A stretch of DNA of 64,000 nt from Fistulifera solaris (taxonomy: Eukaryota): the NCBI GenBank assembly GCA_030295235.1, contig AP026125.1:1488001-1552000 (forward strand). Direction: 5' to 3'. Numbering within the stretch: the stretch's first letter is position 1; each line of letters opens with the position of its first letter. Positions 11,870-25,347 of the stretch are shown here, one piece after another. The notes under the pieces are model-generated. The model worked only from the letters and a program-made list of their open reading frames with translations, was not told the origin of the DNA and did not search any database. Both the position numbers and the translations under genes were made by a program.

Positions 11870-13626
11870 ATGAGTCCGCCGAAGAAGCGTACCAAACTTG
11901 CCGCCGCTGCAGCCGATGCTGCTGCTGCAGCGGAGAGCTCGTTTTCGGGTGATGTCAATTTGGACAGTATTAAAGGCCTGTTCTCTGTGATAATTTCCAA
12001 GCTGAAAACCATGAACTCTGGAAGTGCGAAAGAGGACGGTACGAATCTCATGCTGTCTTTCATGAAACTAAAGGTATGGCAGAATGAACTTTTAGAGAAG
12101 CTCGACGTATCTCAAACGGAGCTGACACAGGCTGTCACAAGGAAGGAACGACAAGAGCGAGCTCTAGCAGCCTTAGTGTATGAGAAAGATCAGCTCGATC
12201 GAGAGCTTGTTCAGTGTCGAGAATTCGAATTGAAATATCTAAAACAATTAGCCGGAGAGGAGGTAGGACCCGATGGTGTCGGTGACCCAGAAACACTTGA
12301 TCAAGAAGCCCTCTTTGTAAAATACTTGAACGCAAATGTTCACGATCCGAAAGACAAGCAGAATATTATCGCAACTCTGCATCAGGAAATCACAGCTCGT
12401 GGAACTTTGGAAAGAGATCTCAAAATTAATGAGAGTCAACTAGAACGCATCAAAAAGATTTGGCCATCAATACTTCGTTCCTCAAGAGTCTCCCGGGTAA
12501 TCTGTCCGTCATCGAAAAAGCCACAATGCCATTGCAAAAATTCATGGCCCACAAAACACCGCAAGGAACACTGCCCGTTGCAAGAATGATTGGCACGGAT
12601 CGTAGACATCGTTTGGACTTGGCTCGATCGTTAAGTGGACCTCTCTATACCTTGTTCGCACAACTGCAACATTATCTGGATCGCCCCGCTAAATTAGAAT
12701 CTGCTGGCAATTCGGCTCCATCGTGCACGGAAGCTATGTCGCTGAGTATTTCGCCGGAGGATTCCACGCACAGTGAAGTTATTTTGCACATTCCGATTCC
12801 CAACATATTGAATACATCGACTGCACCAGGACAAACGAAGAAAGTGTCGATTCACTTTCGCTACTACGAGAAGCATGATATTATCACTGCGTTTGCTAGC
12901 GGTGCGAAAACAGCATTGAATCAGGAGATTCTTCTGGATGAACTTTTTCCCAATGATTATCCTGATTCGATTGCCGATACAGACGGAAAACCTTACTACT
13001 GGTGTAACTACCTTGGAGGTTTGCATGTTACTCACAAAGAGCAAGAAAATAAGAGTCTCGGGGTTGTTTTGAGAGCCCTTGAACGACGCATACGGGCCAA
13101 CGAGACGCTAAAGCATATATTACATCAGCTTGAGAGGTGCTATCTGCCACAGACTTCTGGAAAAGAGACGCCTTGTCGACTTGTGAAATTTGAAGCGATA
13201 GAGGAAGGGGAAAACAGCAAAAAAATGTCGGAAAAGACCTACACTGTGGCGTTCGTTCCAAGTAAGAGTGACTCTCAATTTATTGTCTCAGTGTGTATTC
13301 ATATGGCGCGCTATCCTTCAGTCCCTCCACGTTGGTTCCTGAGTGGCAGCCATTCGTCTACAGCCAACGACTGCAATGTATCTGATTCACCTCTTTACGA
13401 TACGCATCTGGCTTCGTTGGAACGTCATGTCAACGCAGATGGATTAGATGAGCTTTTGCAAAATAACTTGTCACCAATTGGAAACGACGAGGCAAACTAC
13501 GAATGGATTCTTCTGTACCAGCTACGATGTATCTGCGAACGCATTGCAACGATCTATAACGTTTCCCAAGCGGGTAATCGGCAGTTCAAAGGCCGCGATC
13601 ATGCTCCAATCGACACTCAAAAATAA
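11870..13626 (+). CDS. THOC5: THO complex subunit 5 (FMIP domain)
   Basis: LVYEKDQLDRELVQCREF, FLKSLPGNLSVIEKATMPLQ, LSGPLYTLF, GKPYYWCNYLGGL, YPSVPP, C-terminal FKGRDH. Frameshift in A-run ~12455. Confidence 0.85.
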
Positions 13627-13773
13627 TTCTGTTCTTAAAATATTTCAATTATTTGTTCGTAGCGTTTCTTTGTAAAAAAGTTCGGAAGGGGATGTGTGTC
13701 GTAATATACAGCTATCCCGTTTGGGTACGAGGGTCGAGCTCGCCCCACTCAGTCAGGGTAACATTGCAATAAT

Positions 13774-15464
13774 CTACATTCCGCCATCTCCAACGGCCTG
13801 GCCCTGTTTTTGTTTTTCGATAGCACGCGCCAGCTCGGAACCCTCAATCGTACCGTCCAAGTGGGTATTCGTAATTCGCTGATTCTTCTTTTCGTAGTAT
13901 CGTCGTTTCTTTGGCTTGCCATCATTGTCTTGATTAGTGCCCGTCCTACTCAACCGTGGCCGCCGCATTGTTTCTCCGGGATCCAGAAGCTTATGTTCCC
14001 GTAGCTTTTGCTCCAGTTCGTGATCAGACTTCGGAACCTCTTTGCGAGTGGCCAGATACATATCCCTGACATCCAGTGTACAACCATGACGACGCGCATG
14101 GTTATAAAGAGACAGCGCTGGAGTTGTTGCAACTTTGGCAATATCTTCCTTCGGGATCCGTTGCTGGTGCTGTTGATTGGCATGCGAATGTCCCGCTGCA
14201 GCACTCATATTGGGCCGTTTCTGAACGCTGGTAGTCGTAGAGGTCGCGATGGATTTTGCCAATGTAACCGGATTCGATGCGTGCGCGCGCGAGCCAAAAA
14301 GCTGTCCTGCCGCACCCCCGAACGCCCGTGCACCATTTTAATGAGAGTTTCTCGCGCCTTTCGAGCTTCTTGAATATTTTCGATCGTCTGAGGATGCAAA
14401 GCTGCATCCACAGGAACCTTAACGTCTGTAAATGGCCGTATATATCCATCTAACTCATTCTTTTGTCAAGCTCTTTCAACGACACGACTGACAAAGGAGC
14501 CTGTGCTCGTACCGGTTGTTCAGATAAAGGGCCTTCTTTGACCGCTGACGACACTCGAAACCACTGCCCACCAATCTGAATTGCCTCTCCTCTTCTGATT
14601 TGAGTACGGGGATCCATATCGATGTCTGCTATGTATATTTGCGGAATTATTTCATCAGCACCTCCATTTGGTGGCTGATCCTCGCTCTCGACCTTAACTG
14701 TAGCAGGATCCGAGGTATGTTCGGTGGGAGTCGATTGTTGCTTGTCTGGCATTCCATTCTCAGGAGACGTTTTGGGAGTAGGACTGACTTTGGGTTCGGG
14801 AAGCGTCAAATGAATCAGTCCATCCAATTCCACAATAAACGGCTCACCTCGCTTGATATTTAAAACAACAGCATTAGGTATCGAGCCAGTAAAACCCTCC
14901 ATATCAATAAACACGTACCGCAAACAAAGTCTTGTCACGATCCTCTCCTTTCACAGCAATAATGTCTCCCGCAGTTATGAGCGCGTTCAAATCTTCATTG
15001 ACGGTGGCGTAGGAATCTAGCAGATCACGAAAAGAAATTCCGGAAGTCATGCGATTGATTTGTGCCAGTAGTGTCGCGCGATTGCGGACGCTGGTATACT
15101 TTGCCTGATACGCGTACGTTGCCACGCGGAGTGTCGGATTTTCGGGGTCCGGAACCATCTCGACGCGGACCTTGGGGTTGCGATGTAACATTTCAACCAC
15201 TTTCTGGTTAGAATCCAAATCTAAATCAATGCCCGTTGATTTGTATATGACGTTCGTTCCTAAGCATCCCGATCCGCGGTGATCTCGAAGAAATGCCAAG
15301 ATATCGAATTGTTTCTCTAAATCGGGTTTCTTTTCTACATCAATCGATGATCGAGGTTGTGATACATCCATTCCTCCATTTTCGCTGGTCTCTTCTACTT
15401 TGAAGCTATCGCTTTCCAGCACGTGTTCCGTTCGCAAGAAATCGAAGCCATATTGATTTGACAT
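13774..15464 (-). CDS. Transcription initiation factor TFIIE beta subunit-like (frameshifted)
   Basis: Winged-helix-like YAYQAKYTSVRNRATLLAQI..GISFRDLLDSY..LITAGDII and basic C-terminus KPKKRR..RITNTHL. Spread over ORFs 14904-15515, 14450-14938, 14205-14411 and 13774-14262. Confidence 0.7.
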
Positions 15465-15879
15465 ATTAAGTTTGAATTTATGAATGAGGATGACAAACAA
15501 AGCGATTGGTATCAATGAAATGCAATCCTAAAGCTGCTCATCGAGCTTATTATTTGTGCTATACTGTACTGTAGTGGCGATGTTCATGACTTTTTGAATC
15601 AGAACTCGTAAGTCAGAAATTCCGTCTGATTCAAAGTAAATCAAATCGTATGTACTATAAACGAAAGTGTAGCATTAATCAAAGACCACGACTGCATTAT
15701 TTCAGTCATGCCGCTATAGTCTATCCTTTCGTCGTAGCGGTTCTTATCGGACCGGTGTTCGTTTTCGTGTGTTTTGACGAGACGACAAAAGAACATCATT
15801 CAACTGCGACGGAAAGATACAACAGAGGGTTGGTTCTTATACAAATTGAACAAAAGCACTAATATCAATATCGAAGAAC

Positions 15880-17561
15880 ATGGATTTACCATTTGCTGTG
15901 GAGTCAAGCGAAGAACTGCCCAATAACCACAGCGATGATGGTTCGCTCGTCACGGCATCGTCTCAAGATGACAGCACCATTCTGCAACCCTACGGCAACA
16001 GTGCTCATGAATCCTTCGCTTCTGCCTTTCTCCCCACTCGACTAATTAATGCTGTGTCGTCACAATGGAATGCGACCGTACAGCCTTCTGCAAAGCAACC
16101 GTCTACTGCGGCAGCCGCAGCGGAAATAAACGATTATGGTTATGTCAATGTTTGGGAGACAGACGAAGTGGATATTGTCGTGCCGCATGACAACGATAAC
16201 ACGCTTGATAGTACGAAGAAATCATCCACAGAGCCGATCACTATAGATTTGTTGACCTTGCTTCTCAATCCTACGACTTCAACGGATTTAAGCCGGCTCA
16301 TCACGCAAGCGAACGATGCGGTCGCACAAGGTGCGACCGCAAAGAAACGAGGTGACCTGGTGGCTGCGGTGCAGCATCAATCGCAAGCGGCAGAATACTA
16401 CTATAAGGCGGCTATGAATTGTAAGCAACAAGGATATGGTACGTTCGTTTGGCCGTGCGGTGGTGAAAAGCACATTTTTTAAAAGACTCATTTTTGTTTC
16501 ATTTTGCAACAGTCTCATTTATGAAGTCGTTGCTACTTCTCAGTCAAATTCAGGCCAAGGCAGCGGCTGCGTTGCAACAGGTACTTAAACTACCGGCCAG
16601 TGGATTGAGAGATTTGGTGCGGGGGGCATTGAAAGAAGAGTCGTCACCTGATTTGACGGAGTCCACATTTCTGGGTGTTGCTAAATCAACAAAACCACCA
16701 AGGCTATCGGCTACCAATATGACAAGCAATCCAGTCGTAAAAAAGCAAACGAAGCGTCCCGAAGAAGCCTCGGTCACATCAGACAGAGAAATGAATCCAG
16801 TGGATGAAATGCTGGCTTTAGAGCGGGAGCTTCGTGACATTGATATGACATTGGAAATGGGCCATTCTATTGCTTCTTTAGACGCTAGAAAGAGTATTCC
16901 CATTAAGATGGACGGAAGCTTTATGGTCGTGCGTTCCGCTCTACCTTCGCCTCGAGCTCGAGCTAATCGAGTACAACCGACACGCGCAAAGACGCCCCAT
17001 TACCAAGAGATTCACTCAACCCTGGACTCGTCGCAAATTTTAAGTTCGTCGGTGGCGTCCCTTGCAGCCAGCGCAGTCTTACTGTCACCTGCTCACTCCA
17101 GCAACCAATATTCACAGCAGAGTTCGCACCCTGAGAACACGAAGCAAATTATGCGTCTCATGGACAGTTTAAAGACTTTGGGGGACGAGAACGCTGCTCT
17201 CTTACGCAGGGTGGAAGATGCCGAGCGCGCGCGGATTGAAGCCAAGACGGCTCAGAAAGCTATGGAGAATTTCAAAGAAGAGTACAACGCTAAGTTCCAG
17301 TCTCTCAAACTCGCCCTCAAACGATTTCAAACAGATTATCCTTCTTGTGAAAATCCTGTCAACACGAGTGAGTTCACTAATGAGAACCACCAAAATGATC
17401 AACTCATTCGCAAATTGAAGGCCGACTTACAAAAAGAGAAAGAGCAGAGCAAGAAGAAAGATGCTGCGTTAAAGAAGTACGAGGCGTTCTACAAGGAAGT
17501 TAAAGCCAGAAGTGCCATGAAGCAAGCGCAGAGGAAACAGCAGCATCAAACGCAGAGTTGA
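15880..17561 (+). CDS. Coiled-coil protein with MIT-like helical segment
   Basis: Two ORFs joined by GT-AG intron ~16439-16512. ANDAVAQGATAKKRGDLVAAVQHQSQAAEYY is MIT-like; long coiled-coil C-terminus. Confidence 0.65.
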
Positions 17562-18305
17562 GCAGGCAAATGCAAAGAATATTCCTAACGACTCTGAATG
17601 AAAGTACAGTTAAATTACAGATTGGTACCAAATTTTCACGTGGATAAAGGTTAGCTGCAACCTTTGCTCATACAGTTTTCTGGATCGACGGAGCGCACGT
17701 CCTAAAACAGGACGAAAGATTGACATTTTTGAAGCTGAAATCTTTCTTTCTTCAACCGTCAAGTTAAATGATGCCGTACTAGTATGGTCAACGAAGCACG
17801 TATTTCAGCTCTCGAAGTTACTGCTCCAGCAAACATTTTGTAACACGCAGAACTCCGCACCAAAAATCTAAAGCAGATTAATAAGAGCTAATTCGTCGAT
17901 GTATTCGCAGCGGCTACTCAACGGCCGGTCAATACTACAGTTCGTAACCTTTTTAATAAAAACAAACTACAGGTAATATAGTTAATTTTAGCCAAGGACA
18001 GCATCGATAAGAGTACCAGCAACGATGCACCCGTAGTACAAGTAGGTGCTCTTCACTACAGGGGTAGCTTGTCTAGGTTCGGTCAAGGATAATAGTCTAT
18101 AGTGATGCGGCCATTTTATTTCACAGGCAAATGAAGGCAACACGTTTCGGGACTGCAGTTAATTTCAGTCACAGAAAAAGTCGGCTACACTCTATTCTAT
18201 ACAATGGTGCATCTGTTAGTATGTTGAGTGCCGAGACGACACCTAACAATTCCTCCATCCATTCGTCCGCATAAAAAGCCGCACAATCGCACAAAGATCG
18301 CGACC

Positions 18306-19025
18306 ATGACGAGGTCGCTGCTGTTATTTGCTTTAAGCCGTCTATCTTCGCTCAAAGAAAGCTCTCCAACTCCATTGTTACGCCCAACACTTGTTGCTCG
18401 AATGGCGGCTTTTACCGGAGAAAAGGCCTTGGTGGTCGATCCCTTTTGTTTTCGACAATTTTCGGAGAACGAAGCGAGTGCGTCATATGGTGGGACAGTA
18501 TTTCAGTTATCGATTGCGGAGTTTGAAGATATTGTGAACGCTAGATATCATGAATCGAATCTGAAAGGTGGATATGCACCATTTTGCAAACATCTTTTCG
18601 TCGAAAATGATTTTACCGACGCCGTGGTCAACGTCTTGCCTATCATCCCCGAAAACGAAAGCAAATTACGTTCCAAATACGAAGCCAGGAACGACAAAGA
18701 ACTTCCGGTTTTAACTCGATGGTTTCCTGCAGAGTTGGTGGGAAAAGATTTGCCCAAAGCCAAGTATCTGGATTTGATTCTGTACAGCCGCGAACAAATC
18801 AACAAGGAAAATGCTGCTCAAGGACGGGCCGAAAATCCCGTCACCGCGCCGTGGGGTATTGTAAGTATTAAAGCTCAAGATGCCGATCATGAACTTCCAA
18901 TGACCCCTATTACAGCGATGAGAAATGCTTTGGGGAAAGAAGAAGGCGGTTCGGGCATTCCGATCGATCGTCAACAATACATGGAAGCAGTAAATTATTG
19001 GAAGAATCATGCTACCGTTTCTTAA
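18306..19025 (+). CDS. DUF3228 family protein
   Basis: GYAPFCKHLFVEN, YEARNDKELPVLTRWF, YLDLILYSREQI, PMTPITAMRNALGKEEGGSG. Confidence 0.85.
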   Translation: MTRSLLLFALSRLSSLKESSPTPLLRPTLVARMAAFTGEKALVVDPFCFRQFSENEASASYGGTVFQLSIAEFEDIVNARYHESNLKGGYAPFCKHLFVENDFTDAVVNVLPIIPENESKLRSKYEARNDKELPVLTRWFPAELVGKDLPKAKYLDLILYSREQINKENAAQGRAENPVTAPWGIVSIKAQDADHELPMTPITAMRNALGKEEGGSGIPIDRQQYMEAVNYWKNHATVS

Positions 19026-19114
19026 AATACAACAATACGCTTCACATAGAAAAAGACGAAACCAAACTCTATATTGCTTATTTTGCAATTACGATAGTTA
19101 TACTGTCATTGTCA

Positions 19115-20614
19115 TTAGGCCGCGGACTTGTATTCTTTGATCACATCCCCCGCAATGACCAAATGTTGAATCTCACTGGTGCCTTCGTAAATTTCCGTGA
19201 TTCTTGCGTCCCGATAGTGTCGCTCGGCAGGCATGTCACTCACGTAGCCCATACCACCCAAGATTTGAATGGCCTGGTGGGCACACATAGTGGCGGCTTC
19301 CGAAGCTGCTAGCTTGGCCATGGCTGCTTCCCGCGTGTACTTTTGTTTGCTATCCTTCAACTGCGCAGCACGCCATGTCAACAAGCGCGCCGAGTCACGG
19401 GCTACTACCATGGCACTGATTTTGTTTTGAATAGACTGCAAGTTCGAAATTGGTTTGCCGAACGCGTGTCGTTCCAGCGCGTACTTGACCGCACAATCGA
19501 TCGACGCTGAAGCAATGCCCAACGCCTGTCCAGCAACACCGATACGACCACCATCAAGAGTTTGCATGGCAATTTTGAACCCTTCACCCTGCTTGCCAAT
19601 GAGGCAATCTTTGGGAATGCGTACTTGGTCCATGATCAAATTTGCTGTCGACGAGGCCCGAATGCCCAGCTTATCTTCCTTCGCACCCAACGAAAAGCCC
19701 GGACTATCCATGGGAACCACAAACGCCGAAATTCCCTTGTGTCTAGTTAAAACCAAAACGAAACACAAGGAACAGATGAGACAAACCGAGCAAAGCAAAC
19801 ATTGAGTATAGACAGCAATCGTCGTCGGACGACCACTTCGCCACACTTGCTGATGAACTCGTAATCAACTTACTTAAGACTCTTATCAGTTGTCGCAAAT
19901 ACCACTGCAGCACTTGATTCATGAGCATTTGTAATCCATGCCTTTGTTCCATTCAGAACCCATTCATCTCCTTCGAGCTTGGCCGTCGTGGATGCGGCAC
20001 CGGCATCACTACCATTGCCTGGCTCACTCAAACCGAAGCATCCCACTTTAAGGTCCCCATTGCCCGTCGTGCACTTGGCATAAGGAGCAATCCATTGTTC
20101 GTGTTGTTCCGGAGTACCGAATGCTTGAATCGGATACAAGTAGAGCGAGTTGTGGGCGCTCATAATGACTCCGACGCTGGCACATCCACGTGAAATCTCT
20201 TCCATGGCAATGGCGTAGGAGAGTGCATCTAACTCCGATCCGTTATACTCTCCAGGAATGTTGATACCCATCAAACCGAGTTCGGCCTGTGAATGTTGCA
20301 TACATATATGTAAGTCAATCGTGACGCTACAAACACGTCGATCTGCAATGGATAGACATCGCCCCGTCGTAAGTACATTGCAAGACAGACCACAGCATAC
20401 TCACCAGTTGTGCGACGGCTTCTTTAGGAAATGAGTGTTTCTTATCCCACTCATGAGCATTAGGAGCTAACTCTTCATCGGCGAACTTCCGACACATCTC
20501 GTAGATCATTCGATGCTCCTCGGGTAGCATCGAATGCGTCGTATACGACGCTCGCAGAGACGTTGCGGCTCGGCGAGCCAATTTGGAAGAAAGGGAGCGA
20601 ACTAGGAAAGCCAT
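19115..20614 (-). CDS. ACADS: Short-chain acyl-CoA dehydrogenase, mitochondrial
   Basis: Mitochondrial presequence [63 protein letters not shown]. Introns ~20287-20404 and ~19743-19873. Confidence 0.93.
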
Positions 20615-20895
20615 GACAGAATGAGTAAACGAGGTGAGTGTATAGCACTGTTCAAAGCTGGTTACAACCACTTTGATGTCGATGCGAATGCAAATTTTAG
20701 TTGTTTGGCGTCAAGAATGGGCGAAGAATAAGGAGAAGAAAAGATCGCCCGACCCGATGTCTTGATGGCGCGGAATTTTTGTGTCAGCATTTATGTAGGC
20801 AACATGTCACACCACCGTTAAAGAACATTGACGCGATAGGTTGTGTCACGTGACTGCACCTGCCACAATAAATGTCATAGTACCGGCTTTCACTG

Positions 20896-20994
20896 TTTGA
20901 GTCACGAACTTTTAGGTGGGTGCAGTCTGTCCATGCGTCCTCTGTGACATTTCAAAATCACACTGCGACACGGAAAGGTGTTGAGTGCCGTTCG
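20896..20994 (+). repeat. Partial third copy of the decayed dispersed repeat
   Basis: agtcacga..cagtctgtcc..gacattt..cacactgcgaca..aaagg..tgagt.ccg is collinear with 62635-62730. Confidence 0.7.
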
Positions 20995-21309
20995 GCAACA
21001 AGCGCTACTATTTCTTCTTAGATACACATTTCATCTACTTTTAAAGCGTATTGTACAAAACCGTGTTTTTTCAGGCCAAAATCAAGGCCAAAATGACAAG
21101 GGCATAGCACAGGATTTTTTGGCCCATCATTGCTTTTGTGCAAAAGGTGCAACTATGAAAGCCTTATGAATTCGAAGTAGTGCTTTTTGGAAGGACTTTT
21201 TAGCGCTTAAACTCAATAACAAAAAAGTCAGCCTTACATTGTTGTGGTGGCTTTTGCAGGTAGCCAGCCGAGGAAGAGGCCGGGCCAGTTGCAGTCCATC
21301 CGTTCGACG

Positions 21310-22020
21310 ATGCGTGAACTGAAGGCGTCATTTTGCACCGTAGTAATATTTGCAATGCTGTTACGAAAGGGCCTGTTTGTACACGCATTGCACAGACAAT
21401 CATTATCAGAGGTAGTACGATCTGCGAATACATGCCTTGAGCGTGTCATTTGGGAGGAAATTGTGGAGGACGACGATACTGAAGGAGAAGAACCAAATTA
21501 TAGCAAGAATGATCAGTCGAAAAGACAACTCATTTATGGCCAAGATACAACACAGACAACAACAAAAATGCACGACGAAGTGCACGAATCAACGGAGCCA
21601 CATCCTCTCAGAACTGACCGATTTCACTTACAAATCGGGTGGAGGCGGAAGCCTTGGTCAACAACGCCCGATATTAAAGAAATGAGTTTTGAATTCAATA
21701 AACAAGGCCATGTGAGATACCTGGATCCCAATAAGAATCATACGATGTCTCTTATTGGTGAATGGGATGTTACTTGCGACACATTGTGCTTTCGAATACC
21801 CTTGACTGGGGCCTCTAAAGAACGACTGGTTTTTACGGCTGATGTGAGTCTTAATCCGTTTGGGCTGCAGCCGAAACTTCTACGAGGTGTGATTCTAGAA
21901 GACAAACTACGAACTTTTGGCTATTTTCGTTTCCGAAATGTTCTGGGAACTTTTTCAGGGCAAGGAATCGGGGATGACATGGGTGATTTATCGTATCGAG
22001 GAAGAAAGAAAGCATGGTAG
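21310..22020 (+). CDS. Hypothetical signal-peptide protein
   Basis: Single ORF with hydrophobic N-terminus and a conserved-looking C-terminus (NPFGLQPKLLRGVIL..FRNVLGTFSGQGIGDD). Confidence 0.65.
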   Translation: MRELKASFCTVVIFAMLLRKGLFVHALHRQSLSEVVRSANTCLERVIWEEIVEDDDTEGEEPNYSKNDQSKRQLIYGQDTTQTTTKMHDEVHESTEPHPLRTDRFHLQIGWRRKPWSTTPDIKEMSFEFNKQGHVRYLDPNKNHTMSLIGEWDVTCDTLCFRIPLTGASKERLVFTADVSLNPFGLQPKLLRGVILEDKLRTFGYFRFRNVLGTFSGQGIGDDMGDLSYRGRKKAW

Positions 22021-22101
22021 AACGTTCCAAGTTGAAATAAGCCATTTTTTATTAAGGTTTCCAAAGTTCAATTACTTGCTTTCTTTTACGAGTATCATAT
22101 C

Positions 22102-23207
22102 CTATGTTACCCAAGCGTCGCTGGCTTGTTCCCGATCTTCTTCCCACCATGTAGTGGTCTTGTAGCCAGTACGTAGCCATTCGAGAGCCGATCCTTCGTC
22201 CTGAACTACACCTTGCTTTTTCAACTCATCGGTGAGCTGCTCTTTAAAGGTGCCGAGTGATGGCCGGATCTTATTTCCCAAGATTCGTCGGTACCTCCCT
22301 GTTCCTGTATCGAGCAGCGTTTGATACTCACCAGGGTATGTGCGGAACAAGCAACCTTGATAATTGACCATGAACGGTGGATTTGGCGTCGATCGACTGT
22401 ATTGGCGAGTTCGAAGGTAGTATACTGGCTTGATGCGAGATAGGAAGCGATCGTGTAAGTCTTTTCCCGGGAAAGCAGGCGCCCCCAAATCACCCCGTAA
22501 AATGTCGAGTTTCATGTTGTAACATACTACTGGCTTTTGTGGATCAAGGCCGTGCAGTTCCTCAATGTCTGGCAATTCTTGAGCTGAAGCGATCAAGCAA
22601 ATATACATATCCGCATCATCAACTCCTGTGACCGTTCCAGGGCTATTGCCGAATAGACTCAAAAGCAGCTGCTCGGGCTTAAAGATGCGAGTATCATCCG
22701 GATCACTTTTGCGAAGAGAGCTTATTGTTACCCCAGGATACGGATCAGTAGTTACAATCTTATCCTTGATAATATCAAGTTCAGCCTCATCGGGAAGCAT
22801 GATAGCAATTTTCTTGAGCTGAGTATCAGAGTCTTTTGTTGCTGTTAATAACCCTTTGGAAAACTCCAGAGCGAGATTAACATTTGCCTCGGCCACATCG
22901 TACGCGCTAACATCGTCCATCTCTAGAACACTGGCAGGAAGAGGGGGAAATTCAATCTCCAACAATTTGTGTCCATCCTTCAGAGCCAATCGAGTTGCTC
23001 GGATCGAATCCTGTTGCAGCTCAAAAAGGAGCTTGGTGGTGAAAGCTTCGAAGAATACTCTGTGAACTCGGCCACGCTCTCTTCCGACGGCGGGGGAATG
23101 TTGTAAACGCATGTTCGTTGCAAGCGACGCGCAGGCGTGGATGCATGCCACGCAAGGCTGAATTGGCAGTGCAGACTAAGCAACGCCCCAACAACCAATA
23201 TTTTCAT
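22102..23207 (-). CDS. LPA3: DUF1995 protein, LOW PSII ACCUMULATION 3-like, plastid-targeted
   Basis: LLEIEFPPLP, NMKLDILRGDLG, PVYYLRTRQYS, NYQGCLFRTYPG, LRTGYKTTTWWEED. Signal MKILVVGALLSLHCQFSLA-W; frameshift near ~23095. Confidence 0.85.
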
Positions 23208-23455
23208 CGTTTCCTTTGGTAATGCACGATGCGGTATATTCAAATATGATAACAAAAGGTAAAGATGAGTCGTCGACGAGTCAGAAAAATACTTCAATAC
23301 TCCGTAATAAAAAAGTTTGCGGGTTGAAAATGCCCCCAATTACGTCAGTGCGTGAACAAAACGAATCACGACTGTGAAACTCTTCCTCAGCAAGAATAAT
23401 TAGATTATTTGGCAACTATTACCGCGATCTAGCTTTCGTAAGTTATATTTTATAC

Positions 23456-24370
23456 TTATGCTTTAGTTTGGTTTGTTTGTCCTAGCGCCAAAAACAGCTG
23501 AATCGGTTCGGGCAGAGTCTTAGGGTCAATGTCATCCACATTCGAAAGTAGCTTGCACCACAAAGCAGGCGTCAAAAGAACTCTACCCAAGTGAATCTCG
23601 GTGCGCCGATAAACGGGAAGAAGTCGACGACAGAATCAATTGGAGCTTCCATATTGCGCTTTCGATACCAATATTGAGAAAGAAAGTGCACTTGTCGTAG
23701 ACCGACGATCAAATCAAAGGGGAAGAAAATAGGTAGTGTCCACCATAAAGACAAAGGTTCTTGCAGCCCTTCTTCACGATACAGTTCATTAACTCGATCG
23801 TAGAGGACAAATTGCGTATAATAAATGAACACAATCCCTAAATTCGACCAGTTCATCCCTCCCGGAAGATGTAATATGTACGCCACAGGACCTAACAAAC
23901 AGCCGTACACGAAAGGCCCCAATGTTCCATAACCACCAAGACCTTTCGGTGTCTTCCCCTCTCGTATTTCCATTTCCAGGAGCTCTTCTTCGACGGCAAA
24001 CTTGTAATAGCCATACCACAACAAGCCCGACGGCGCACTCCCGAGAATGACAAGCCACAACGGACGCGGCACTCCCGGCTCCCCCTGGCGGGGATGTGAG
24101 TTTTCCGATTACACCCTCTTCGACGTTGTTGACTGTTCGAAGCGCGATATAATCTAAAATAGCTGGAGGAACGGGCTTCTTGAAAAATTCATTGATCTGT
24201 ACGTTCCACGAGGTGCTTGCTTCAGTAGTCCGGCTAAACTCGGCATTCTCTGCCGATGTTTGAGTTGAGATCCTTTTCGGTGTACGTGACGTCGAAGGAG
24301 AAAAAGCGTTTATTTGCAGTAGAGGAAAGCACAGGGCAATGAGCCGAAGCCAGCGCTTGCCGCGCCACAT
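23456..24370 (-). CDS. Plastid-targeted membrane protein of unknown function
   Basis: Signal ..LLQINA-FSP; hydrophobic segments (PRPLWLVILGSAPSGLLWYGYYKF, GYGTLGPF). Frameshifts ~24080 and ~23575. Confidence 0.7.
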
Positions 24371-24546
24371 TCTCGGTTGTGAGAGAGGACAACTGCTTTA
24401 CCGCCCTAATCCCTCAAGCGCCTCAAGTTCGAGCGCGGAACAGTTACAAGAGAACTAAGGTTACAGAATTTATTTCTTGTCAAAGACGTCACTGAGAAGA
24501 ACCGCAAAATGGGCTTCCAGTGTTTTCGATGATAAGTAAATAAATA

Positions 24547-24567
24547 ATGATGATGATGATGATGATG
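24547..24567. repeat. (GAT)n microsatellite
   Basis: atgatgatgatgatgatgatg directly before palindrome array 1. Confidence 0.9.
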
Positions 24568-24586
24568 CAACGGAAACGCTGTGCAG

Positions 24587-25152
24587 GTTCCAGAAATCCT
24601 GTAAATCGGTGGCTTGGATTAATAAAGGAAAGAAAGAGTTAACCTTATTTCCAGAAATTATGGAAACGCTATTCTCAATATACAGAAATTACAGAAATTC
24701 TGTCATGGTCCAGGAATTCTGGACCAGTTTTTTCGAGCCTACCGATTACCGATGCTGCGCATCTTCCAGAATTTCTGAATACGGTGTTATGTTACATAAC
24801 GAAAGAGAGTGCGTGCGCTCCAGAGGTTCTGGAAACGGTGTTTCGATCATAACAAAGAAAGTGCAAATTCCAGAAAATCTGGAATCGCGATTTCGAAGAT
24901 CATACAGAAATTCTTTGATGGTCCAGAAATTCTGGACCAGTTTTTTGCGCCTACCGAAATGCTATGCAAGTTCCAGAAATTCTAGACACAGTGTTTCGGC
25001 TCCTATCAAAATGTTGTGCAAGTTTCAGAAGTTCTGGACCCGGTGTTTTCGTTCAAACGAAAGAAGGTGCAATTTCCAGAAAATTTGAAATAGATAATTC
25101 AGCTCATACAGATTTTCTGTGTTGATCCAGATAATCTGGACCAGTTTTTTCG
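24587..25152. repeat. Palindrome-core minisatellite array 1 (~11 units of ~52 bp)
   Basis: TCCAGAAATTCTGGA-like cores every ~50-54 bp, with CATACAGAAATTCTG-like half-units between. Confidence 0.9.
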
Positions 25153-25347
25153 ATAACCTTACTGGTACCGGTGCGTCGTGAAATCAGATCTCGTCCTCGT
25201 TGACACCGATGAGTCAGGAGTGTGAGAGACAGAAACGAGAACGTATCTCGAATCTCGCGTTCCATCGCATGAAAGACACTTGCTCATACCACAATAAGTC
25301 GAACCTAATCGTTTACAAGTAAATACCGACCAACGGATATTGCAACC

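Noticed and set aside
19455..19805. Antisense ORFs overlapping real genes (many in the ORF track)
   Set aside because: Shadows of codon structure on the opposite strand, with no motifs.
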